A stretch of DNA of 64,000 bases. Origin: Octopus bimaculoides. Its lineage: Eukaryota. A program made the position numbers and the translations under genes. The notes under the pieces are model-generated. The model saw only the letters and a list, made by a program, of their open reading frames with translations. It made no database searches and had not been told where the DNA came from. Positions 26,981-38,809 of the stretch are shown piece after piece (position 1 is the stretch's first letter; every line of letters begins with the position of its first letter). The stretch covers positions 102,011,092 through 102,075,091 of the forward strand of contig NC_068987.1 in NCBI RefSeq assembly GCF_001194135.2, read 5' to 3'.

Positions 26981-27359
26981 TACATATGCGCACACATATG
27001 CATACGCACACACGTTCGTTCACAACCATATTCTACAAAGAACGAAGAATAACGAAACAGGAAAGAATTCATGACTAAATATTTAAACTAATAAATGAAT
27101 AAATATAAAAGAAAAAAAAATTATAAAAAAAAAAGAACCAATTCACAGGCGTGGATGCAAAAATAACGGAACAAAAATCACATCTCCATATTCAAGTGAC
27201 TCATGTTCTGTAGGACATGTAATTTTATTGATATAACCTCTAGTCTGAATTCTAAGACACAATCTTAACCTCAGCAATGATATCATATTACTTCCATCAA
27301 ACCGCTATCTCCACCCTTCCGGCTTTTATTTTTGGTTTTTGTTGTTGCGTGTTTTATAG

Positions 27360-27451
27360 ATACTTAGCAGTCATCCTCCTCTTGGCCTTTCATTACATCA
27401 CATCCGTCTTAACACCTGCCAACACCTCTCTACTACCGGCATGGAGTCTCC
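27360..27451 (+). CDS. Candidate isolated 92-bp exon, product unknown
   Basis: T-rich tract + TATAG acceptor and CC|GTATGT donor; two frames open; non-repetitive sequence. No recognisable homology. Confidence 0.15.
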
Positions 27452-28380
27452 GTATGTGACTTACAGATCTGGCAGTGTGATTATATATAAGTATTAGTGC
27501 ATACATATATTGCACACGCACAGGTCTGTATGTATACGCACGCACATGTGCACACACATGTGTGCATGTGTGTGTATAAGACAGACATACAGACATACAG
27601 AGAGAAGATAGAAAAGAGAGGGAGCGGGGAGAAGAAAAGAAAATTGTTGGATACATTGAAGGTGCACATATATTTATATCCTCTGAAAGGATATCAATAT
27701 ATGTCTATGGATTTCTGTCTGTTTATTTGTGTATGTATTATGTGAACGTAAATTTGGTGTACATGCAGTTTCATGTCTTTATCTCTATGGATCTGTAAAT
27801 ACAGTTGCAGGTGTATTTCTCTCTTTTGGTATCCATGTGTCTGTGAATATGAGCATGTATGTTCGTTTGAGTGAGTGTAGAAGTCTCCGCAAGTATACAT
27901 CTAAGTATATGGAAATATGTTTGTCGGCATCTGGATGCGTATTTGCGTTTTTTTTCTTTTTTGGTATTCGTGCTTGCATATACGCTTTTATCCAAGTGTA
28001 TATGTTCATGCATAGTTATGCTTGTCTATGTACATATGTCGGTTTGCATGTGCAAATTCACATACGTGTGCGTATACATTTATATCTGAATCTAATTGTG
28101 TATGTAAATCATCTATATATGAGCGTGGAAATATGTATATGGATGTATGGATGTATATAACACATGTATAAATATATTTGTATTTGTCTTTAATTGTATG
28201 AGTAGCTTTCTGGCTGTGCCTGTATTGGACAATGAGTCTAAGAGATACGCATGTATTTGTGAGATTTTATAAATGTATTTGAGTTAATTTATAGTTTATG
28301 TAATCTTATATATTGTCTCTTTGTAAATGACCAGAAATTTAACTGTACGTACATATATGCATACAAAAATGCACGCATGC

Positions 28381-28414
<34 letters not shown>

Positions 28415-28913
28415 NNNNNNNNNNNNNNNNNNNNNNNNNNNNNNNNNNNNNNNNNNNNNNNNNNNNNNNNNNNNNNNNNNNNNNNNNNNNNNNNNNNNNN
28501 NNNNNNNNNNNNNNNNNNNNNNNNNNNNNNNNNNNNNNNNNNNNNNNNNNNNNNNNNNNNNNNNNNNNNNNNNNNNNNNNNNNNNNNNNNNNNNNNNNNN
28601 NNNNNNNNNNNNNNNNNNNNNNNNNNNNNNNNNNNNNNNNNNNNNNNNNNNNNNNNNNNNNNNNNNNNNNNNNNNNNNNNNNNNNNNNNNNNNNNNNNNN
28701 NNNNNNNNNNNNNNNNNNNNNNNNNNNNNNNNNNNNNNNNNNNNNNNNNNNNNNNNNNNNNNNNNNNNNNNNNNNNNNNNNNNNNNNNNNNNNNNNNNNN
28801 NNNNNNNNNNNNNNNNNNNNNNATATGTGTGTGTGTGTGTGTGTGTGTAAATATATAAAAATAAAAAGATAAAGAGAGCAATTGTAAGGTTGGAGAAGTA
28901 TTTTATGGATAGA

Positions 28914-28962
28914 GTCTTACAGCTGTTTCTGGGAAGTTCCAGTACTTCCCTTCATCGGAGAC
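28914..28962 (-). ncRNA. Degenerate minimal type I hammerhead ribozyme (PLE/retrozyme-like)
   Basis: Minus strand GTCT-CCGATGA-A-GGGAAGT-ACTGGA-ACTTCCC-A-GAAACAGCTGTA^AGAC. Stem I GTCT/AGAC, 7-bp stem II, palindromic stem III ACAGCTGT, GUA cleavage triplet. The core has U4 changed to C. Confidence 0.72.
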
Positions 28963-29099
28963 AGAAAAGATAAAGGAATCGATTATTATATCCATAGGCA
29001 GATAGTTTTAGTATGAAGTGATATAAAGTGTGATGTGCTGAAAAAGAAAGAGAGAACAGTACTTGAAGTGTAGTTTCATTCCAGTATATATATATATAC

Positions 29100-29385
29100 T
29101 TTTTTACACTTTTCTTACTCTTTTGCACGTTTCAGTCATTTGACTGCGTCCATACTGAAGCACAGCGTTTAGTAGAAAAAATCGACACCGGGACTTATTC
29201 TTTGTAAAGCTAGTAGATATTCTATTGTTTCCTTTACCGAACCGCTAAGTTTTGGGAACATAAACAAACCAACATCGGTTGGCAAGCGATGATGAGGGGG
29301 ACAAACAGATACAAAGATACATACACATAGATATATATATATACATATGTATATACACGACGGCCTTCTTATAGTTTCCTATTTC
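29100..29385 (-). mobile_element. SINE family B with internal microsatellite and upstream module
   Basis: Body matches 55750-56150; CGACGGCCTTCTTATAGTTTCC is the reverse complement of the GGAAACTGAAAGAAGCCCGTCG module at 55670-55692. Confidence 0.82.
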
Positions 29386-29590
29386 TTTATTGCCCACAAG
29401 GGGCTAAACATAGAAGGGACAAACAAGAACAGACAAAGGTATTAAGTCGATTATATCAACCCCAGTGCGTAACTGGTACTTAATTTATCGACCCCGAAAC
29501 GATGAAAGGCAAAGTCGACCTCGGCGGAATTTGAACTCAGAACCTAACGGCAGACGAAATACCGCTAGGCATTTCGCCCGGCGGGGTAAC
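29386..29590 (-). mobile_element. SINE family A with alternative 3' tail
   Basis: Head and body near-identical to 24455 (GTTCTGAGTTCAAATTCCGCCGAGGTCGACTTTGCCTTTCATC...); tail CTTTGTCTGTTCTTGTTTGTCCC...GGGCAATAAAGAAA differs. Confidence 0.88.
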
Positions 29591-29709
29591 GTTTCCTATA
29601 GTTTCCGTCTACCCAATCGTGATAATAATAACAATAATAATAATAATAATAATAATAAGAGGGATAAAAATCCAAATTTACAGGTAAAAACTCAATTTTC
29701 TCTAAAACG

Positions 29710-29748
<39 letters not shown>

Positions 29749-30728
29749 NNNNNNNNNNNNNNNNNNNNNNNNNNNNNNNNNNNNNNNNNNNNNNNNNNNN
29801 NNNNNNNNNNNNNNNNNNNNNNNNNNNNNNNNNNNNNNNNNNNNNNNNNNNNNNNNNNNNNNNNNNNNNNNNNNNNNNNNNNNNNNNNNNNNNNNNNNNN
29901 NNNNNNNNNNNNNNNNNNNNNNNNNNNNNNNNNNNNNNNNNNNNNNNNNNNNNNNNNNNNNNNNNNNNNNNNNNNNNNNNNNNNNNNNNNNNNNNNNNNN
30001 NNNNNNNNNNNNNNNNNNNNNNNNNNNNNNNNNNNNNNNNNNNNNNNNNNNNNNNNNNNNNNNNNNNNNNNNNNNNNNNNNNNNNNNNNNNNNNNNNNNN
30101 NNNNNNNNNNNNNNNNNNNNNNNNNNNNNNNNNNNNNNNNNNNNNNNNNNNNNNNNNNNNNNNNNNNNNNNNNNNNNNNNNNNNNNNNNNNNNNNNNNNN
30201 NNNNNNNNNNNNNNNNNNNNNNNNNNNNNNNNNNNNNNNNNNNNNNNNNNNNNNNNNNNNNNNNNNNNNNNNNNNNNNNNNNNNNNNNNNNNNNNNNNNN
30301 NNNNNNNNNNNNNNNNNNNNNNNNNNNNNNNNNNNNNNNNNNNNNNNNNNNNNNNNNNNNNNNNNNNNNNNNNNNNNNNNNNNNNNNNNNNNNNNNNNNN
30401 NNNNNNNNNNNNNNNNNNNNNNNNNNNNNNNNNNNNNNNNNNNNNNNNNNNNNNNNNNNNNNNNNNNNNNNNNNNNNNNNNNNNNNNNNNNNNNNNNNNN
30501 NNNNNNNNNNNNNNNNNNNNNNNNNNNNNNNNNNNNNNNNNNNNNNNNNNNNNNNNNNNNNNNNNNNNNNNNNNNNNNNNNNNNNNNNNNNNNNNNNNNN
30601 NNNNNNNNNNNNNNNNNNNNNNNNNNNNNNNNNNNNNNNNNNNNNNNNNNNNNNNNNNNNNNNNNNNNNNNNNNNNNNNNNNNNNNNNNNNNNNNNNNNN
30701 NNNNNNNNNNNNNNNNNNNNNNNNNNNN

Positions 30729-30784
<56 letters not shown>

Positions 30785-31377
30785 TATATTCTTGTGTATG
30801 TGTCTGTGTACATGTGTGTGTTTGACCTGTCTATTAATACACTCACAATTCTACGTAAGTATTGTTTGTATTTGTATCTTCTGACTTTCTCCTACATCCT
30901 CCTTCTTCTAATAGATCTGCCCTTCTCCATAACTCGACATGTTTTATAGTCATTTCCACTGCACTCTCCATTCTAGGTTTTTCTCGCTATACTCTATACT
31001 AGAAATTGATTTCCTCAAACACCACTTGCCTCATGCTTTCTCAACAATTCAGAAACTTCCTCAGCGATGCAAATGTTCTATGCGTGTCAATACATTTCCT
31101 GTTAACTTCCTTTACCATGGATTCCACGAATGTGATTTTTCTCTGTTAACAACATGATGCTGATATGCATTTTACATTACGCCGGAGGGCATTACATTAT
31201 ACCCGGGGTCTCTAGAAGCAATGGTATTTCATAGTCTTTTCTTTGAAGCTACACATTTTCTCACTAACTTAATCCTGGTGAGAAGACTGTGGGTTCTGTT
31301 CAAAATACACCTATTTATTCCTTGTCTGCTGCCTAATTTATGAACGAAGCTGCCTACAACGTTAATGCATTACACAC

Positions 31378-31412
<35 letters not shown>

Positions 31413-31909
31413 ATTTTTAGTTTTTATCACTATGTACATAAACTTATAAAGCAACAAATCTAATAATTATAATTTGAACATAAACAGAAGCAAACAACAA
31501 AGGACACACCAATTGTAATTTTTTCTAAGTATATACGCTCTTAAATCACTGAGGGATTCGATGGCGTAATCTACCATCGTATTTCACCTAGTATATACGA
31601 TAAAATTCAATGTAGATATCTTATCTTAAACGATCTTAACATATTTTTCTATGGTGTTTTTAGTCCTTTGCTCAAAATATCTCTTATTTCAAGATAATAG
31701 TAATGATGAAGGGAATGATAATACCCATTTCTGTTACTTCAACAATAGAGTGTTAATAATAAACACAAAACGTGTTGCAGAAAGCGTGGGTTTTCTACGT
31801 TGTGTAAAAGAAAGTTGACGGAACAAAATATCGTATGATATTATGAGATGCATTAATATTTCTCCATCGCTTTCACAAAATTATTTCGACAGATATATAT
31901 ATATATATA

Positions 31910-32870
31910 TAAGCTTTCGATACCCTTCACCTAGACACACTTTGGAAGATTCTCGACACTACGATTTCCTACATTTTAAAAGATGATTCGTTTATTGTAT
32001 GAAAATTTCGAATGTCAAGTTATACACAACAAACTGACAGATCCGTTCGAAATCAAAACTGGAGTTAAACAAGGACGCGTGTTATCACCAATCTTATTTT
32101 AATTGGCAGTGAATTGGTTGATGCAAGGAACGACGAAAGAATATAACCTAGGTATAGAATGGAACTCAATTCAACTAGACGATTTAGATTATGAAGACGA
32201 TAATTGTTTCTTCTCACACACGCCTCAAGTGTTACAAGACAAATCTGAAAGACTTAGTCAAATAACCAACACCATAGGACTCAAATTCAACGAGAAGAAA
32301 ACGTACACTCTTTGTAAAAATATAACAGATGCTGACCGTGTTACTTTGAATGACAAACCAATCGCAAATGTTGACGAATATAACTATCTACACACCAAAA
32401 TGACAATGGCTGAAGACTGCATTCATGCAATAAATACGAGAATTAGCAAAGCCGACCAATCATTCGGTATGTTAAACGCAATGTGGAAATCCTCAATACT
32501 CAGCAAGAGCACCAAAATCCGATTTTACAAAACCAACATACTTAGCATCCTCTTCTATGGATCCGAATGTTGGAAAACAACCAATAGTATTGAAAAGAAA
32601 TTGGAGGGTGTTTCTAAAGAAATACAAAAAAACATTGAATGTTTACTGGCCGAATATGAGCTCGAATAGCCAACAACACATCGAGGATAACGTGAAACCA
32701 ATAAGAGAAACTATTGATGCAAGGATATGGAAATGGGTGGGTCGAGGTTGTCGCTAGAAGCTTTGCAGTGGGTTCCACAAGGTAAAAGAAGATGTGCCCG
32801 ACCAAAGGGAACGTGGCGGAGAACAAGAAAAGAGATAATCAAATCAGGGAGTTAACAACAGAACAAGCTG
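31910..32870 (+). mobile_element. RTE-clade non-LTR retrotransposon, RT 3' fragment, inactivated
   Basis: KAFD, TLWKIL, TGVKQGRVLSPILF, LDDLDYEDD (YADD mutated), INTRISKA, KTNILSILFYGSECW, WKWVGR and KGTWRR; flanked by (TA)n on both sides. Confidence 0.92.
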
Positions 32871-34049
32871 TATATATATATATATATATATATNNNNNNN
32901 NNNNNNNNNNNNNNNNNNNNNNNNNNNNNNNNNNNNNNNNNNNNNNNNNNNNNNNNNNNNNNNNNNNNNNNNNNNNNNNNNNNNNNNNNNNNNNNNNNNN
33001 NNNNNNNNNNNNNNNNNNNNNNNNNNNNNNNNNNNNNNNNNNNNNNNNNNNNNNNNNNNNNNNNNNNNNNNNNNNNNNNNNNNNNNNNNNNNNNNNNNNN
33101 NNNNNNNNNNNNNNNNNNNNNNNNNNNNNNNNNNNNNNNNNNNNNNNNNNNAGTTAATAATGGAATTTGAAGAGGCTCACAGGAATGGAATTTCTGCAAG
33201 CTTGTACAGGACTTTGAGAAAAAAAAAATAGGCATCTACTGGAAAAATTTATATTATTTACTAAAATAATGGAACGCTGTGTCTGAAAATACTTTCACCT
33301 GCACTAACTTATTGGTTAAACATTATAACCAGCAAGACAGCAATAATAACAAACCAGCAGCTGTTGTCTCACTTAACATTATTAATAGCAGGCAAACTGA
33401 TTAAATCCCATTCTAGCAAGATATATTAAATAACGTAGGACAAAATTCACTGAGAACAAGTTTGAATTACCATAGCTGGAATGCTTTGATCACATGTGTG
33501 CTCGATAAATGGTGCTCAACAACAATATAAAGAAAGCTATCACTGAGGCAGCCTCTTAATAATATCGGAAAATGTAAGAAGCTAAGAACCGAAACACCTG
33601 CCTGACTGGGGATTCTTCGCTGAAGATCCATTCTGGTGTTCTGCTCGCTTGATAGTTTTTCTTACCACATTTATGGAAACCATACGTTAAATAATGAACA
33701 AATCAAACGTTAAAAAAGACAACATAATTAATATATAATGAGCATTAAATATTTATGTACACGGAAATTGTGGAAAATGATAACAAACTTTTTCCTACAA
33801 GAGAGTTTTGTACATTAAGTTATTTCTTATATTTTCATTATCCCATCTTCTTGTAGTATAATCAGTGGCATGGAGGCCAAACCTTCCATGTTCCATGGCA
33901 GAGCTTATAAAAACTGAACGACCGTTGTAGTAAATGTGTCAGTCTGAGAGAGGAAAATGTTGAACAAAATTATAACTGATTCTGCTGTATCTTCTTTTAC
34001 CCAAAGCCAGAAGCTTTTCAACACCACCACCTATATTTATATACACATA

Positions 34050-34200
34050 TATATATATATCCTTCCTACACGGAACCCGGTAATTAAATCTCACTCACAA
34101 GTGTTTCCTAGAACTCTGATGTAGCACAGCACAAGTCACGGGCGCAGTAGAATCGAACTTAGAACGATGTTGTTATAAAGCAAACTCCTTAAGCAACCAG
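34050..34200 (-). mobile_element. Degenerate SINE family B head plus start of internal (TA)n
   Basis: Minus strand GTTCTAAGTTCGATTC B-box-like motif...CTTGTGAGTGAGATTT...(AT)n(GT). Confidence 0.45.
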
Positions 34201-34735
34201 CAATACTTTCAGATTATGTATTTTCACCAACTTTTCCATAATTTCTTCTTAGCTCACTTTGATATATATTTATACTTATGAACTATGATGCACTGTTAAT
34301 TTTCTGATCACGTATGAAATATAATTCAGACTCAGTAGATTTCTCGATATAGAATTTGACAAACTATATTTCTATGAATTCGCAAAATCTATTATTACAA
34401 TGTTTCTTCATATCACAGTTTGGCTTATATAAACTTATGTTGCTTTTATTTATTGAGCCAGCAATTCAAACATGTAATCCTGGTTTCTAGCAGACTTCTC
34501 TTTCATGTGCTTTCATCTTTATACGTTATACACACCTTGAATGTATCTTCTCTTCAATTCATCAGGTAATTCACAGAATCGAAATTTGATTGATGATAGA
34601 TTCATCTGCAGTTTTACATTTGGAGTTCTGGAATTCTTGCTTGACGATGTTTAGAGGATTTCCTTCTCTCTGTACTACTCTAAGTTTTATAGATGGTGCA
34701 TAAAACCTACTGACATTTTTATTTGTGAACTAACG

Positions 34736-34806
<71 letters not shown>

Positions 34807-35209
34807 ATATACATATATGCATATGCGCACATTCATACATATATTCATACAGATATACGTATATACTGCATCTATGTTATGCATTATATATATACAGAGA
34901 GAGACAGAAAGAGAGAGAGATAGTTAGAGAGGAAATGTTATAAAATAGATCGATAAATATTTTGTGCGTATAGATAGATATATAAAATATATATTGTATA
35001 CATACATATCATATATTGTGTGTATGTGTGTGTGCGTACGTGGACGCTTATATGTATATGCATGTACAACTTTATGCATACATATATGAACCTATACAAG
35101 TATACATAAGTACATACATACATACACACATACATATATATCGTTATATATATATATACACACATCATGTGCGTACATACTAAGCTTGGAGTTTCTCTTT
35201 TAATATCTT

Positions 35210-35430
35210 TCAGCTGCACATTTTCTTCCTTCTTCGCAGTTGATCAAATTCTCTACAGCGAATGTTCTTATTGATTAATGACATCTTCAAGCTATTGCAG
35301 TAGATTGAGTCGTAGAATTCTTCAATATGCCAATTCTGTGCATGTTGGTTTGCTTCTTCATATGTCACAGCACAAATTTTATAAGAATTCCGTTGCGTTC
35401 TTAAAAACTGATAGATAGTGAGAATCAAGA
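35210..35430 (-). mobile_element. Possible degenerate APE endonuclease fragment of a LINE
   Basis: HIEEFYDSI...REFD resembles the EEIEEFY..L...GDFN segment of RTE-type endonucleases; weak. Confidence 0.3.
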
Positions 35431-35749
35431 GAGCGTCGAACAGACCGTGCTATAGTGTTTAGTTAATGCCCGCTCTTTTCTGATATGTTGCTGAATAGCC
35501 TTGTTATTTACATTAACGTCGACACGTCATGCTTTGTCACATTTTTAGCGAGATATAATGCGGGCTGTGAGCAATATAGTGCGGGCTATTGGCATGTTAT
35601 GAGTTATCAAAGCGATCTTGTTAGTTACAATAACACCCAAAAACATGACTTACATTCAGTAGATGTGCTCCGTTGTGGATTAAGACACAAAATTAGCGAG
35701 AATGATATTACAGTGAAGAAAGTACACTAGGATGTAATTGAAAAAAGTC

Positions 35750-36285
35750 CACATCACCCCATTTCTAGGTGAAACTAGCCACCCTTCTCGTCACCTCGCC
35801 CCAGTTCTTGTCAATCTGGACGTTCGGACCAGACGAAGTTAACTGGTCCTTCTGTCCAGCGCGCTACGATGCTGTCAAGTAACCAATCCAGGTTCCGAGT
35901 TGCAGGCCCACAAACTTCTCCTGATTAAACTTTGCTCATGTTACTGCTCCTTACTCTCGAGGTGATAGTACCGATCACCTTGCTTTCCGAAATGTCCGAC
36001 ACAATTGTAGTGATGTCATCCGCATAAGCTGACACAAATCTCTGCCATTGTAGTTCACGCGGGTTGCCCCTAGCAACGTCCACCTTGATTAACAATGGCT
36101 CAAGAGCGGTGGATGGGAGCGGCTATCTTTGACTGACCGAACATGCGATACTAAGCGATTCCAATAAGAGGCAATTTATTTTGACCACCGAACAAGTGTC
36201 GCTGTACATTTGGGTGACCCAGCCTCTGAAAACGGGTCCGAAGCCGGCTACCAGGAGCAGAGCCTTGAAGGATTGGTAGTTATCA
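35750..36285 (-). mobile_element. Tx1/L1-clade non-LTR RT fragment
   Basis: AGFGPVFRGWV..MYSD, SVSQR*PL (cf. SVRQGCPL), ALEPLL, VSAYADDIT (YADD at 36015-36026) and RWTEGPV; stops and frameshifts. Confidence 0.88.
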
Positions 36286-37434
36286 ACAACAACAATGGTA
36301 ATAATAATAATACTTTCTACTATACGCAAAGGCCTGAAATTTTGCGAGGATTTCTACTCGCTTATATCGGTCGCAGCGCTTGTCTGTATTAATTTTATCC
36401 ATACTGAAATAAGGAAAAGCAAAGTTAGCCACGGTGAAACACAAAAGCAATGAATGGGAATTTTACTAGCATCTGAAAAGTGACAACGACCACCTGTGGA
36501 ATGATGTACTGAATGGTGAAGTAGCAAATAACTGTTTGGCCAGAAATCTTGAGCAAAGAAGTTCAACATAACATGAATGCAGATCATGTATAGCAATTTA
36601 AGATTGAAGTGGACGATGAAGAGTAACAAAAATATATGAATATCTATATAAGAAAATGAATGGTATGCTTAATAAAATAGCAGATGGGAAGGAACTCACA
36701 TGATGTTCGGGTTCAACTTCAAATATTTCTCAAGTTAATGAATAAATGTGTAGGGTAAAAGAATCATTTCCTGCGAGGGACATCTCATTACTTGTGAGAG
36801 GAAATTCATTTTTCCTTCTATAGCATTGATCGAAATCTCACGGCTAATTAGAATTTTCGCGGCAAATTCACGGAATATGATGTAATAGAAGAGAAGATAA
36901 AAATAAGCGCAACGCGGTCGATTACTAATATACTTAAGGCATTTACACTTATGTCTATCCCAAGACATTGGGATTTTCCTAACAAGCGTGATTCGAAAAA
37001 ATCTAATGGGAGCTTTTGTTAGCGCTATAACTTAATTTTTTTTTTTAATGGTAGAAAATAGGGTTGAAAGATTGTACTGGTGTAACCCACCTGTGACTTT
37101 TCACTGCTGTGTGGTAGTGGCGGTGGTGGTGGGTAGTAAATATTTTTTACGTTTTATTTTGAGCAATACATTAAATAAATACTTTTTGCCGTTTGTATTT
37201 TCTTATAAATTTCGTGTTGCATATCGTTTCCCCACATGCGCTCTGTTTCTATTCGTTATAAAATCATTCGACTCTACTCATATTTAAAGCTCCATGTTTT
37301 TAAGGTAGAGTTTATTATACGTGAGAGAACATCCGTCTAATAGATTATTATTTTCAGTAGTAGTAGCAGCAGCAGCAGCATCAGAAGAAGAAGAAGAAGA
37401 AGAAGAAGAAGAAGAAGAAGAAGAAGAAGAAGAA

Positions 37435-37640
37435 GAGCTGGCAGACTCGTTAGCACACCCCGGACGAAATACTGAACAACATTTCGTCCGCCTTTACGTT
37501 CCGAGTTCAAATGCCGCCGATGTTGACTTTGTTTTTCATCCATTCGTGGTTAATAAATTAAGTACCAGCTGACTGCTGGCGTCGAAATAACCAACAAACT
37601 CTTCCCCAGAAATTGCTGGCCTTGTTTCAAAATTTAATAG
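37435..37640 (+). mobile_element. SINE family A copy immediately after (GAA)n
   Basis: GAGCTGGCAGACTCGTTAGCAC...GTTCCGAGTTCAAATGCCGCCG...AAATTAAGTACCAG. Confidence 0.8.
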
Positions 37641-38765
37641 TTGGTTTAGTAGAAGCAGTTTGTTGTTGGTGATATTTTGCTTCGCTGTTACTGTTGTTGT
37701 TGGTCTGACTATCCAATTATCTGAGCAAAGACGTCCCGAATTCATGAACATTCTGTCTTTTTCTTGGGTGTTTTTTTTTTTTGTATTTCATTCATGATCA
37801 TTCTGTCTTTTTCTCGGGTGTTTTCTTTTTTCGTATCTCAGACTTAAATATCCATCTCAATCACGGCATTGTCATTTGATGTCGTTTGATGTAGCATGTC
37901 GAAGAAATACATACAGGTACCAGGAGAGGTCCGAGAGAGTAACATTGTGAGGATTCGTGCAGTAGAAGCTCTTTCCATAGATCGAGTCGCTTCCTCGGTG
38001 TGTCTACTGATGTTGGTTTTATTACTGATGCACTTGATCTAGCAAATGAAATGCCGCGGTCGTCATCATAACCATCTTCACCATAGTAATCGTTATCGTC
38101 TTCATCATCATGATCATCACTGACGTCTGCCGCCTTCTAACACTACCATCACCACCTACTCCCCAACCACGACCACGTCCACCACTACCTCTGCCCACAA
38201 CACACGTCCATTATTATTCTTATTATATCCTATATAGTTTCTTACTAATATGAATCAGCCACGAACGAATCGTTACAAATAGAAAGTAACTCGTCAATTT
38301 TCAATTAGACTACGTTATTCTTCAGCTGAAGTGGATTTCTCAGAGAAATACATGATTCTAAATAACTTGTATTGCCTTCAGGCGCTTAGTAAACCAATAA
38401 AAATAGTGTGTTGCTGATTGGTTGAAGAAGAGAATGTGCCACCCAACATTTTCATCGCTTCATCTGAATCATCGATTGAAAGCTTAAATGAAGCGTACAG
38501 AAGTGCAAGGATCGAGGATTGGCAGTCTTGCTACAGACTGTGTATATATCACGTGTTACATACACGATGTTTTTGTTTTACTGTATTTGCTCGACCGGAA
38601 GAGAGGAATGAGATTTCGTAAAATCCTCGGGCTATTTTTCGTTTTCGCTTTTCGCTTTCCTGTTTTGCCATCTCAGCAAATTTCTTTAGAAGAAAATGAG
38701 AGAAAAAAATATCTGTATTTTAATCAACAGTTCTATCACATTCGTATCTTGCTTTCTATATTGGT

Positions 38766-38809
<44 letters not shown>

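Noticed and set aside
36470-36560. Tc1-like WNDVL...LFGQ fragment
   Set aside because: Needs several frameshifts over ~25 residues; not distinguishable from chance.
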